This document shows positions 1 through 11,084 of a stretch of DNA of 64,000 bases, piece after piece. The DNA is from the human T2T-CHM13v2.0 reference genome, Homo sapiens, in NCBI RefSeq assembly GCF_009914755.1, contig NC_060931.1. One strand, written 5' to 3'. Each line of letters begins with the position of its first letter. Position 1 is the stretch's first letter. The position numbers and the translations under genes were made by a program. The notes beneath the pieces are model-generated. The model made no database searches, was not told where the DNA came from, and saw nothing but the letters and a program-made list of their open reading frames with translations.

Positions 1-251
1 CCATTTCATTTCATCATTTCATCATTTCATTTCATCATTCCATTTCATCATTTCATCATTTCATCTCATCATCTCATTTCAGCATTTCATTTCATTTCAG
101 CATTTCATTTCATCATTTCACCATTTCATTTCATCTCATCATTTCATTTCATTTCATCATTTTATCATTTCATTTCATTTCATCATTTCATCATTTTGTT
201 TCATCATTTCATTTCATTTCATGTCATCATTTCATCATTTCATTTCATTTC
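1..251 (+). repeat. AT-rich simple tandem repeat of mixed CATTT (5-bp) and CATCATTT (8-bp) units; truncated by the window start
   Basis: Directly visible (catttcatttcatcatttcatcatttc...); ends abruptly at ...catttcatttc|agtgatac. Confidence 0.95.
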
Positions 252-1129
252 AGTGATACATGTATTTAAGTGCTAATGTGATGCCCAGGAAACACCCTAT
301 TTCCCTTTGTAAAACACCTCCTTAAACAAAACTCAACCTCTCCTGGCTGGCTAAGTCTACAGGGATACCAGCCTCTCTTCAACCACCCAGTTTGATTCAG
401 AACCTCAAACAGCACCTCAGTTTCATAAAAACCTAAAACATAAACACAACACTTGGTTGTAAGTGAGCCAACAGTTTCTTGTCTCTTTCTCTACTCAAGG
501 CTTAAGGCCGTGTCTCCCCAACTTTGATCAGTGGAAGAAAAGATCCCCTGGACAAATAAGTTTGAGAACTGTTGTTGCAGGACTTCTGAGAACCTTTAAA
601 ACACAAATCCTCATCCGCAGGGATCTTCAGGAGGGAGATGGCTGTTGCAGCACAACTTTCTTTCACAGGAGTATCTTGCACAATACAGTATGAGATGCAG
701 AAAGGCTGCACTGAGTCTTTTTAAGGGCCAGGGCCTTTGTGGTGGTGGGGAAGGAGCTCTCCAGATAGCATCTAATGAGTGGGAACATTCAGGTTGCTTT
801 TTTTTCCTTACTGGCAAAACTGTGTGTGCATCATGAATGAAGCTGGTCTCCCTCATCCATATCAAAACTAAACCCAAATTAATTGGCTAAATTGGGACTC
901 AACAACTCAAGGAGCCATGCGGTAGAAAGCCCCACCACACGTTAAAGTAGCTTGCCTCATCATATTTGAGGAAAGCAAAACGCTTATGACAAGTATGCTG
1001 CTAATACAAGTCAACAGATAATTCTGTATGAAAAATTATTTTTCCCAATCATAGCTAGCATAGTCCACATTTTGCATTAGACCTTCCCTCCTTTTTTAAA
1101 ATTTTAAACACAGGTCCTTTTCTCTCCAT

Positions 1130-1270
1130 TTTTTAATTTTTAATTTAATTATACAAGACGGAGTCTCAGTATGTTGCCCAGGCTGGTCTTCAACTCCTGA
1201 GATCAAACGATACATCCATCTCCGCCTCCCAAAATGCTGAGATTACAGGCCTGAGACACTGTGCCCGGCC
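1130..1270 (-). mobile_element. Alu left-monomer/FLAM-type SINE
   Basis: T-rich tail followed by gagtctcagtatgttgcccaggctggtc...cctcccaaaatgctgagattacagg...cccggcc, the reverse complement of an Alu left arm; only one monomer present. Confidence 0.9.
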
Positions 1271-1636
1271 TTAAACACAAATCTTAATTCATTCTTACAA
1301 TTATCCTGCGGTTATAAAAATGGAAGGGGAAGAAAAATGGCAAGCAGGTAGACTGACTTCGGCTTCATTATTTGGAAGGACAGTTTGCTCGGTTAAAACA
1401 CACTACTGCCTACAAAGGCTAAGACAACAGAAAAATACAGATATATAAATAGATTTTATATGTGAGAGCAGTTTGAATGGAAACTTTTTCAAAGCAAATG
1501 GCAAACAGCTGTCCTTGGGAATAAATGACAACGAATTTTTTTTTATCTCAACAGCTGTCCTGAGAGCATGTCTCTACATCTCTACCTGCATTCTGGAGAC
1601 AGGGAGAAAGCCAAAACGGACGACAAGACACTAGAT

Positions 1637-1826
1637 CAGCCGTTTCCAATCCTTTGACTACAAGGACATTTCTGCCTATCTGTGGTGGTGGGTATCATGA
1701 AAATTATGCACAAACTTTTTTTTTTAAGCTCATCAGCTATCAGTAGCAGTAGTGTATTTTATCTGTGGCCCAGGAGCATTCTTCTTCCAATATGGCCCCG
1801 AGAAGCCAAAAGACTGGACACCTGTG
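1637..1826 (-). mobile_element. MER30-family (probably MER30B) hAT-Charlie MITE with intact 8-bp target-site duplication
   Basis: Minus strand reads cacaggtgtccagtcttttggcttctcggggccatattggaagaag...gatagctgatgagcttaaaaaaaa, matching my recollection of MER30. Perfect TSD CACTAGAT at 1629-1636 and 1827-1834, with the CTAG core typical of hAT targets. Confidence 0.88.
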
Positions 1827-1946
1827 CACTAGATCAAATGGCTACTCCTTCTGGAAGCAATTGTAAAGAATTTCTGACATTATCTTGACATGAAAACCAT
1901 TGGATAGTGGGACAGAATGCAAAATCTTCAAGAATTTTTCTTGTTG

Positions 1947-2208
1947 GTTTTTTTTTTTTTTGAGTCAAGGTGTTGCTCTGTGGCCCAGGCTGGAATACAC
2001 TGGTGAGATCACAGCTCAGTGCAGGCTCAAGTGCTCCTCCCACCTCAGCCACAGTAGTAGCTAGGACTACAGATGCGCACAACCACTCCTGGCTAACATT
2101 TTATTTTTTGTAGAGATGAGGTCTCATTATATTGTCCAGGTTGGTCTCAAACTCCTTGACTCAAGGGATCCAGGACAGGATAACAGGCGTGAGCCACCAC
2201 ACCTGGCT
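1947..2208 (-). mobile_element. AluJ-type SINE with internal deletions
   Basis: Poly-T, right arm (cccaggctggaatacactgg...gctaggactacag), A-rich linker, left arm ending gcgtgagccaccacacctggct; J-type motifs gatcacagctca and ggctcaag. Confidence 0.9.
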
Positions 2209-2659
2209 ATGTGCATGAACTTTTAAGACAAACACAAGGCCCCACAAAAGTTAAGGTTTTCCCACCTAATTTCCAGGGGATCTTTTGTTGCAAGGATGAG
2301 AAACCCTTAAAAGTACACAGACATCTACAAAGATTCAAGACAGTTCATTCGGGCTGAGCCAGCCCACTGGGCAGACTGACCTTCAAACAAGGCCCACCCA
2401 TGACATACACCACATGGCTCTCCAAGAATCTTTCCAGTTCTCAGGGTCCCTAAGGTACTGGACAGAGCTAGGAAAGCAAACCCATTTGCTTCTTCCTGCA
2501 GGGAACCCCTTGAGGTCAAGACCCCACAATCAGATGAGGATGGAGTGGCTCACCCTCAGTCAACAGGCCAGACTCAAGGTGGTATAATGTCTTAAGCAAG
2601 GTTGTGGGACTCCAGGTCTGAATCCGAACTCAGTTCTCCTTTGATAACCACACTTTGTT

Positions 2660-2735
2660 AATTTTCCTTAACAGGGGTTCCTGGCAAGTCATTTCTCCCT
2701 CAGGCCTTTGGTTTCCTCACCTACAAGATGAAAAG
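2660..2735 (+). mobile_element. MIR fragment
   Basis: ggcaagtcatttctccctcaggcctttggtttcctcacctacaagatg resembles the MIR core ggcaagttacttaacctctctgagcctcagtttcctcatctgtaaaatg. Confidence 0.65.
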
Positions 2736-3025
2736 CCTGCACCAGATGGAAATTCGGGGCATAAGGGGATGTCCACGCGCAGCCCACCCTGCCACGGGCC
2801 CCTCGAGCCTCCATCACAGTTCCCAACACGCACCCATCCCACAAATCCTGCCCAAGGTGAGGGCTGATCCCGGGTCCTCTGGCTGCTGCATCAGCGAGTG
2901 CAGGAGGGAGGAGAAGCCTCCAAGGGGGTGACGCAGGCTCAAGGATGCAACTCAGCCAGGAGTGAACTGGGGCCCCGAGGGAGGTGTCCAGTCCAGTGCT
3001 GGAGCCCAGCCCTGGTCCCCAACCC

Positions 3026-3034
3026 CCTTACCTG
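3026..3034 (-). other. 5' splice donor of the KSR1-derived exon (CAG|GTAAGG)
   Basis: Plus strand ccttacctg at 3026-3034; phase-0 boundary exactly where KSR1 similarity stops. Confidence 0.85.
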
Positions 3035-3262
3035 CACGGTCCGTATCTCCTGCTGGGTGAGGTCCTTGGACACAGAGCACTCGGTGCACAGCCCGCGCAG
3101 GCTGCCAACAGAGATGTCGATGAGCTTCTGGAGCTGCCCGCAATGCTGCAGCACCTGGCTGGCTGTGTCCCCTCCGCCTCCCTCCACGATAGCTGCATCA
3201 CCCCCTCCACCGCTCTCCTTCTTCTCTCCCATTGGGGCCGAGCACAGTGCCACTCTATGCAG
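3032..3262 (-). pseudogene. KSR1: Unprocessed duplicated copy of KSR1 (kinase suppressor of Ras 1) first coding exon; KSR1P-type pseudogene fragment, paralog identity not determinable here
   Basis: Translates as [77 protein letters not shown] (77 codons). This aligns without gaps to the KSR1 N-terminus as I recall it ([77 protein letters not shown]; about 55/77 identical). The first ATG has become CTG. Homology ends at a canonical donor CAG|GTAAGG. No further KSR1 exon is recognisable in the window. Confidence 0.92.
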
Positions 3263-3400
3263 GCTGCAGTGGCCCAGGAACAGAGCCTGGGGCGCAGGTG
3301 TCTAGGCAAGGAACCCCCAAACCGGGAGAGCTGGACCAGGAGTGACCCTCTGCGCTGCCTTAGCCAGGACGACGATAGATCTGGCAGCTGAGTCTGCTGA

Positions 3401-3410
3401 TCCCGCCCTC
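3401..3410 (-). promoter_or_regulatory. GC box (Sp/KLF-type GGGCGG) about 140 bp upstream of the KSR1-derived exon
   Basis: tcccgccctc on + equals GAGGGCGGGA on -. Motif match only; no evidence of function. Confidence 0.3.
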
Positions 3411-3416
3411 AGACCC

Positions 3417-4568
3417 GCAGCAGTGGGGGCAAAAAGCCACGGCGGTGGAGGCAAAAACCCGCGATGGTGAGGTGAAAAAGCCACAGCGGCAAAAACCTGT
3501 GGTGGTGGGAGTAAAAAGCCGTGTCGGCAAAAAGCCGCGGAGTCGTGGAAAAAGCCACGGTGATGGGGGCAAAAAGCCGTGGCAGCGGGGGCGAAAAGCC
3601 ACAAAAAGGTGCGGCGGTGGGCACAAAAAGCCGCTACGGTGGGTTCAAAAACCCGGGGCGGTGGCGGAAAAAGCCGGGGCGATGGGGGCAACAAGCCACA
3701 GTGAGGGGGGCAACAAGCCATGGCGGCCGAGGCAAACAGCTGCGGCGACAAAAAGCTGCGGTGGGGGGAGCAAAAAGCCATGGCGGCGGGGGCAAAAAGC
3801 TGTGGTGACGGGGGCGAAAAGCCGTAAAAAGCCACAACATCGGGGGCAGAAACCCGGGATGGCAGGGGCAAAAAGCCACGGTGGCGGGGTAAGAAGCCAC
3901 AGCGGCAAAAACATGCGGCGGCGGGGGCAAAAAGGCACGGAGGGGGAAAGCGGTGCGACGGCAGCAAAATGCCACGGCAGCAAAAAGCCGCGGCGGCGGG
4001 GGCAAAAAGCCTCAAAAAGCCGCGATGTCCGGTGCCAAAAGCCGCAAAAAGCCACGGCGGAGGGGGTAAAAAGCAGGGGTGGCATAAAGACACGACGGCG
4101 GGGACATGAAGGCGCAAAAGCCCTCGGCAGCAGGGGCAAAAACCCGTGGGGGCGGGGGCAAAAAGCGGCTGGGGTGATAAAAAGCTGCTGCGGCGGGGGC
4201 AGGAAACCACTTAGGGGGCAAGGGGCCGCAGCGGCGGGGGCAAAAAGCTGTGGTGGCAGGGGCAAATAGCAGCTAAAAGCCATGGCGGCGGGGCAGAAAG
4301 CCACAAAAAGCCCGGGCAGTGGGGCAAGAAGCCGCGGCGGCAGGGGAGAAAGACGCAAAAAGCTGCGGGGTCAAAAAGCCACGGCGGCAAGGGCAAAGAG
4401 CCCCAAAAAGCCGCGGCGGCAGGGGCTAAATTCCGTGAGGCCGGGGGCAGAAAGCCACGGCAGCGGGGGCAGAAAGCAACGGCGGCGGGGACAGAAAGCC
4501 ACAAAAACCCGCAGCGGCGGGGTCAAAAATACACGACAGCAAAAAGCCACATCGGCGGGGGCAAAATA
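3417..4568 (+). repeat. GC/CpG-rich tandem repeat, ~22-bp unit GGGGGCAAAAAGCCGCGGCGGC with 10- and 16-bp variant units (pericentromeric CAAAAAG-type GC-rich repeat)
   Basis: A-tracts start at about 3431, 3453, 3475, 3491, 3513, 3529, 3549, 3571, 3593, 3603, 3625 (spacings 22,22,16,22,16,20,22,22,10,22); the pattern continues to ...cggcgggggcaaaatag near 4568. Confidence 0.93.
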
Positions 4569-4712
4569 GTCGAAATGGGGTAGAAGGCCAGCACAGCTTG
4601 GCATTCCTGGAGTGTGATGTGGAAGGAAAAGTGCAGAGGAAGACAAACAAAGATGTAAGTAGGCTTAACTCAGTGCAGCTTAGAACCCACATGTTATCTT
4701 GATGTTATCTAT

Positions 4713-4839
4713 CAGCTAATTTTTTGTATTTTAATAGAGAAGGGGTTTTACCACGTTGGCCAGTATGGTCTCAATCTCCTGACCTCATGATCCATGCACC
4801 TCAGCCTCCCAAAGTGGTGGGATTAGAGGCATGAGCCAC
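4713..4839 (-). mobile_element. Truncated AluS-type fragment (linker plus left arm)
   Basis: cagctaattttttgtattttaatagag...ggtctcaatctcctgacctcatgatcc...cctcccaaagtggtgggattagaggcatgagccac. Confidence 0.9.
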
Positions 4840-4939
4840 AAAGTGCTCAAAAAATCTATTAATTAAAAAATGTGTATGTAGCCATCTTTAATCTACCATG
4901 TCCATTAGCAGATAAATACTATAAGCAAAATAACAACAG

Positions 4940-5205
4940 TGAAAGAAACATAGGCTTAGAGTAGATACTCTGATTTATTTAATAAAAATTTGAAAATAGA
5001 CCAAATTACTCTATGATAAAAAAAATATCTGTTTCTATTGAGGATGAGGGTTAGTGTTTGGAAAGGGGCAGGAGAAGTATCTCTATTTTTAGTAATGTTC
5101 TATTTTCATACATGGTTATAAGCAAATACATGTGTTTCATTAATGAAGCTATCCATATTTAATCATTGTACTTTTCTGCATGTATGATATATGTCAATAA
5201 ATGTC
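4940..5205 (+). mobile_element. Ancient L1M (L1ME-like) 3' end fragment
   Basis: ggaaaggggcaggagaag...gtaatgttctatttt...tgtacttttctgcatgtatgatatatgtcaataaa resembles old L1M 3' termini and ends in a polyA signal. Confidence 0.55.
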
Positions 5206-5881
5206 TTAAATTATATACAGCAAAAATAGAAAAAAACACAAGAAGACATACACAAATGTTAAACCTAGAGAGAAATTTGAATACAAGTAAGTCTCTGAAT
5301 GACTGATAGAACAAACCGAAAAATAGGATGGAAAGGTTTGGAACAGCATGATTAGCAAAATTGACATATCTGTCTTTTAATATAGGTAGAAACATAGTTA
5401 GATAAAAAAAGGACTTGTCTCGGAGCATGATTTCTGAAAATAGTGGAATCGAGTTTGAATCTAGTAAGTACATATAAATAAATGTCTTAAAACTCCTCTT
5501 ATGTTAGCTAATTAAGAAATATTATTGTAATAGACATTAGAAAATATTTTGATAAATTGAGTGCATTTCACACGCTAAGGAAATGATCTTACTTGCATTT
5601 GATAGTTCAACTAGATACATATATACCTATAGGTAGTTTAAAATATTTCTAATAACCTTATATACTTTTAAAAAGCATTGATATATGTGTGCACTATCTG
5701 GTCTATAGAGTACACATACCAAACATGATTATAGCTCTTCTGCTATAAACTTCAAATGTCTAATTAATACAAAAATCTAGAATGAGAAGAGTTCTTCGCA
5801 ATTTTTTTTTTACCAAATAGAATATAGGAAAGATAGCTGAAAATATACCTGACACACTTATCTGTGAGTATGGTGGTAGCC

Positions 5882-6177
5882 TTTTTATTTTATTTTATTT
5901 TGAGAGAGGGTCTCACTTTGTCACCCAAGATGGAGTGCAGTCATGTGATCAGAGCTCACTGAAGCCTTCACATACTGTGCTCAAGCGATTCTCCCACCTC
6001 AGTCTCCTGAGTAGCAGGGACTGCAAGTGCATGACACCATACTAGCTAATTTTTGTAAAGATGGGGTTTCACTATGTTGCCCTGCCTGATCTGCATCTCC
6101 TGGACTCAAAAGACCTGGCCACCTTGGCCTCCCAAAGTGCTGGGATTATAGTTTTGGGGCACTGTGATCAGCCCAGC
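5882..6177 (-). mobile_element. Full-length AluJ-type SINE
   Basis: (tttta)n tail, gagagagggtctcactttgtcaccca...gctcaagcgattctcccacctcag...cctcccaaagtgctgggattatag; both arms present. Confidence 0.92.
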
Positions 6178-9100
6178 TTTAAAAAAGGCAGACTAGAGAT
6201 CTTTATCTATGTATATCTATATCTATCTATAAAATAAACATATGTGTTCCTTATGTAAAAATATATATTATTAATATTATATAAAAAATTTTTTCGAGGT
6301 AGAAATATATAAAGAGGGTGCATGTAGAGCCTGGGGCATTGTGTAGTGAAGCTCAAGGCCTCTGAAGAAATGTCCCTTGCCTTTTTTGTCTGGGCTAGAT
6401 TCCGAGAAGGGAAAGCAGCAGATGCACTGGTTCCCAGGTTCTTGGCATCCTACAGAGAGAAACTTGTTTGAGCTAGGGTAGTGTTTAACACCCTTGTTCT
6501 TACTCTTCTGTTTTATGTAGTAAGCAGAGACTAGCTTCATGAGAATAGACCGTGACAGTCAAGGCTGTCTGTTATTTTGTGCAGCATTAATTGAGAAATT
6601 CTAGCACCTGAAGACTTCTGGGCCATTTGCGGGTAGGTGCAGGGGAGGAAAGGGAAGTTTGCATCCCTCCTGCTGTGGAGAGAACCCGTGGGAAGCACAG
6701 ACCTTGTCCTAACTAAAGGCACACCCCCTTTCTAACCAGCTTCTCATCAGCCAACCCTGGATGAGTTTCCATGTCTATTTACTAAATAATCCTTATTGCT
6801 CTTCTTCATATGGGCAAAGTATGGTTTACAGGGAATATTGTTCCTTTGAGCACCCATCGTGGAAACCCCTTCCTGTTGTGGGAAAACAGGCTTCCATATG
6901 TGTCTTATTGGTAAACACATAGGCAATTTCTATGTTTTACTGCATCTATTTCAGGGATATGGGAACTGAATAGTGCCCATCAAAGTCTCACCTGATGTTG
7001 GAAATTGATCTGAGAGCGCGGAAGGACAGAATTCTTTCTTTGTTCCTGGGCAGCGGTGGTTGAGGGATCATTTTGTGGCAGCTACAGTGGCAATGATGGA
7101 GGCAGAATGGAGGGCTCAGTACCAAGACAAGGAGAGACTTGGCCTCACAATGGCAGCATTGCAGGGGTGCGCTCTACAGAGCATTTGCTCACATGGTTTT
7201 GGGCATTGTCTCTAACTACCTTGCTTCCCCAATAGGTTGACCCATTCTAACTAACTCCTTTTCTCTGTAAAAAAGCAAACTTCATTTGTATGACTTGCAA
7301 TTGTAAATGACACCAATTGGCCAGTTATCATTCAAATTCTCTGTTACTTAATCCTGCCTTTTCCTGACGTATGCAACTTTCGCCTAACAAATTGGACACT
7401 TTGTTGCTTACATATTGTCTTTACACATTTTAAAATGTTGCTTTGTGCCCCCAATCCCTAACTACATTTTCAATGTTTTGCAAGTGGAGTCCGTGTGTTC
7501 TTGATTTACATGAAGCTCAAAATAATGGTTATAATAACTAGTACTTCATAATTAAGCAAAAAGCTCTTAATGAAAAATGACAGAACTATACATAGGGATG
7601 AGAACATGGAGAGATATTTCGTGAGATCACAAAGTTATGGTATGGCAGAAGTAGAACGCTGAGTAGAGACTCTGCGTTCCCAATCATTATTTCTACCACC
7701 AGCTTTCTATTTTGATGTTACTAGTGTTCTTATGTGGGAAACCCTACATATTTGCCAATGTTTAGTTCATTGACAAAGAAATAGAAAGAGCTTCAAGAAC
7801 ACTCTAATCTTTAAAAATTAAAATACCTATAATTGGCCATACGAAAAAATTGGTACTTGACATATACTGAGATCGTTTTATTTTGTGCTAGACAAATGAA
7901 GTCATAGAACAGAATATGCTTTAAATATTATGAATAGTGCTTGCATGTGTGTGTGTCTATTGATGCATATTAGGCCTCTGAAAAGTTTTATTATTCTTTC
8001 CAGGAGAGAGACTGCCAACTTTTGAACCTAACTAGAACAAGTATATTGCTTCTTCATATTTCTCTTAAGGCAAAGAGAGTCTAGTTAAAAATAATTCAAA
8101 CTGTCGTGGAAATGCTATAAATTGCTGTGAAGTGAGTTGCTGGCTATGGCTTGTCAGAGCAAATATATTGTACAAATCTTAGGGGAGAATTAGTGCTTGT
8201 GCATTAAAATCAAATCATCTTGCAGCACACCGAGAAAAAGGTTAGATTTTTAAAATAATTTTAAAGTCACGAAAAGAGCAAATATGCTCCACAAAGAGCC
8301 TAGCAACCCTCAATGACCAATGTCCCTTTTATATAGTTTGGTATCTGAATTAGAATCCCAGAATCTACAAATTCCTCTGCGTGTGGGTGCTGCATTTTGA
8401 GGATTTTATAACACTGCCATCACCAAGCTCTCTTTTGATATTCACTTTAAGGAGATAATTTACGGGCAACCAGAGAGCATAAACCAAAGTAGATATCTAT
8501 CTAGATAGCTAGATACATCTCCACATCATTGACAGGATACATTCTGGCCGAGTGTGAGTACAACCTATGGATGTGGTTGGAGAGAACAAGTGTTCCACCT
8601 GAATGGCAGATCAGGATTATTCCTTCTCATCTGCTGCAATGGCTCAATGTGTTAAGGAGAGGAGCGAGACAGCAAGAACCGCATTCATTCAGTCATACAG
8701 ACCAAAAGGAGGAATGTCGCCCAGCCCTCTAAACTGACCCAGAACCCAGCTCATGTCTCAACTGCTACTTCTCCTACTTAGAAAGAAGTAACTCCACCAA
8801 AGCAGGGTTCTGGACAAATATATTTTTATTGATCATATACAAATAGATGAAGATGGACTTGGATGTTAAGAAAAATAATACTATACAAAATCGAGAGTAG
8901 ACACAGTCGCCCCTAGACTTAAATTAAGGGTGTGTACATTAGATAATTTAATCCAATGTATCAGGTAAAAACTTGAACAAACCTTTTGGCCTCTCCCTTA
9001 AAATTCAGGGAAGCATGTCCTCCAAAAAACAGAATCAAAATATAAATAAAAGACTGGCTTAAGATGAAAGGAAACCTTACAAATGAAAAGAAGCCAGATG

Positions 9101-10109
9101 AGAGGCACCTAATTGAGAATGAAAAGAAACTGAATGGACAAAATAATTATGAGAAGATGAACCTTCAAATCAGAAAGAGGGCAAACAGCTTATTTGATAC
9201 TATGGGAACTCAAAAGAGAGTGAACACAAATGTGAAAATTCCAGGAGTAAAGAAAAGTTGCATAGCTAAATGAAGAGCATGAGAAAATGTATACAATTTT
9301 GAGTAATAAGAACAGAAATCAAAAGTAACTATTGTATGTTATATTTTAGTAGCGCAACACTGAAGAAGAATGAAAACAAGAAATAATATTAAATATGAAC
9401 ATATGGAGAACAGAATAATATTTTTAAAATTTTTAGTTTCTAAGCTTCTCTGAAGTTTTAATTTTGTTTTCTTATGTAATACCAGAGTTATTAGGAAGGT
9501 ATTATCTAATAACACTATTTTCAGTGATATTTTAAGTAGTTGTCCTAGAAAAATTTTATTTTTTATAAATGTATATTTAAAAATACATTAAATGTGTATA
9601 TACATCAATCATATGTATCGGTTTCTGTTTTTCTTGAATTGCAAATGAAATTTGTATTTTTGTGTTCCTGGAACAAAATAAACTTGAATGGATTGTAATA
9701 TGTTATTCATGCTGTAATTCTATGTATTTGAATACTTTAAAAATGTTACATTTATAGTTAACAGATACTGACCCAAAAATTTTCTGTCATATAATGGTGC
9801 TGTGAGACAATCTAAGAAGAATTAAAATTTAAATTCATGTATTCCTACTTTTTTCTCTGTTCTCTAACTGTAATGTATTTTAATTACAGATGGAGGAACA
9901 GATAGATGTTAGATAAATAGATATACAATAGATAGATCATCCAAAATTCTTATTCTTGTTTTTTTATGTAGTCAGTATTTGCCTCTATTTTTATACATGT
10001 TAATCCTTCCAATTTAGTTCATTACTTCCTGCACCTTTGATGTCATATATATAAACAGGAAATAACACATGGTGGCCGGGATATAGAGAGAGCCACAGGA
10101 CTTGTGAAT

Positions 10110-10787
10110 AAAATCCACAGGCAAGGATGTGGCGATTCCTTTTGCAATATTGGAGGGAATGCCAAACCCTATGTTTGCTGTGGAAAAGAGTATGGTAGTT
10201 CCTCAAAACATCAAAATTGTATTGCCTTATGATTCGGCAGCCCCACATCTCAAGATAGCAAAAGAATTGAAAACAGAGTCTTGAAAAAGTATTTGCACAT
10301 GCATGTTTGCGGCAGCATTATTGGCAATAGCTAAAACATAGAAGCAATTGAAGTGTCCAACAACAGATGAATGGATAAGCAAAACATGATATATACATAC
10401 AATGGAAAATTATTCAGCCTTAAACATGAGGGAAGTATACTGACATATATTGCAACTTGGATGAAACTTGAGGATATTATGCCAAGTGAAATAAGTTAGT
10501 CAGTGAAGAACAAATACAGTATAATTCCATTTGTATAAGGACTTAAAGTGGACAGAATCTCAGAGATGGTACAATGATGATTGCCAGAAGCTGGGGGGAG
10601 GAAGGCATGGGGAAATACTGTTTATTGGGTATAGAGTTTCAGTTTCACAAGATGAATCGAGTTATGGAGATGGATGGTAGGGATGGTTGCACAATGTTAT
10701 GACTCTAGTACCACTGAACTGTACACATAAAATGGTTAACAGAGTACATTTTATGTTATGTGTATTTTACCACAATAAAAAAATAAA
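10110..10787 (+). mobile_element. L1MB-type LINE-1 3' end (ORF2 C-terminus remnant plus 3'UTR)
   Basis: gctgtggaaaagagtatggtagttcctcaaaa...cagatgaatggataagcaaaa...gggtatagagtttcagttt...gagatggatggtagggatggttgcacaat...ccactgaactgtacac...ttttaccacaataaaaaaa. Left boundary approximate. Confidence 0.88.
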
Positions 10788-11084
10788 CTACATTAGGAAC
10801 ATTTTCCTGAAAGAGTCCACATAAAATTCATTTTAATGCATGTGTTTATGCATAGCTTTCTATTTTTCTCTTTTCTATTTATATTCCAAATTAGAATATA
10901 ATGCTAACCAAGCATAGTGGCTGTGTTTCTTGCTTCCTCTAGTCTGCAGGTAGCATACAAATGTAATAAACTACTCATTAATGTCCCATCTATTTATTTT
11001 CTGCCTTATACCAAGCTTGTGGGATTCTCTTAAATACAACATTTTTATGCTTACACCTATGCAATACCCATTAGCATAGCCTTC

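Noticed and set aside
2898-3391. Plus-strand 135-aa ORFs overlapping the KSR1-like exon
   Set aside because: Antisense shadows of a GC-rich exon; only the minus-strand frame matches a known protein.
3302-4692. ORFs of 237-302 aa rich in Pro/Ala/Phe or Gly/Lys/Arg
   Set aside because: Translations of the stop-poor 22-bp GC-rich repeat; present in several frames on both strands.
6300-7230. Locally GC-richer segment, possibly an old LTR or exon
   Set aside because: I could not match it to a family or find a consistent ORF or splice structure; needs RepeatMasker/Dfam.
8490-8520. Short palindrome CTATCTAGATAG, plus small tandem duplications near 16980 and 18561
   Set aside because: Expected by chance in GATA/AT-rich low-complexity sequence; no associated structure.
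9064-9273. 69-aa Lys/Glu/Asn-rich ORF with an ATG start
   Set aside because: A-rich sequence with faint resemblance to degraded L1 ORF1 (SLFDTMGTQKRVN); too weak to call as a gene or confidently as L1.
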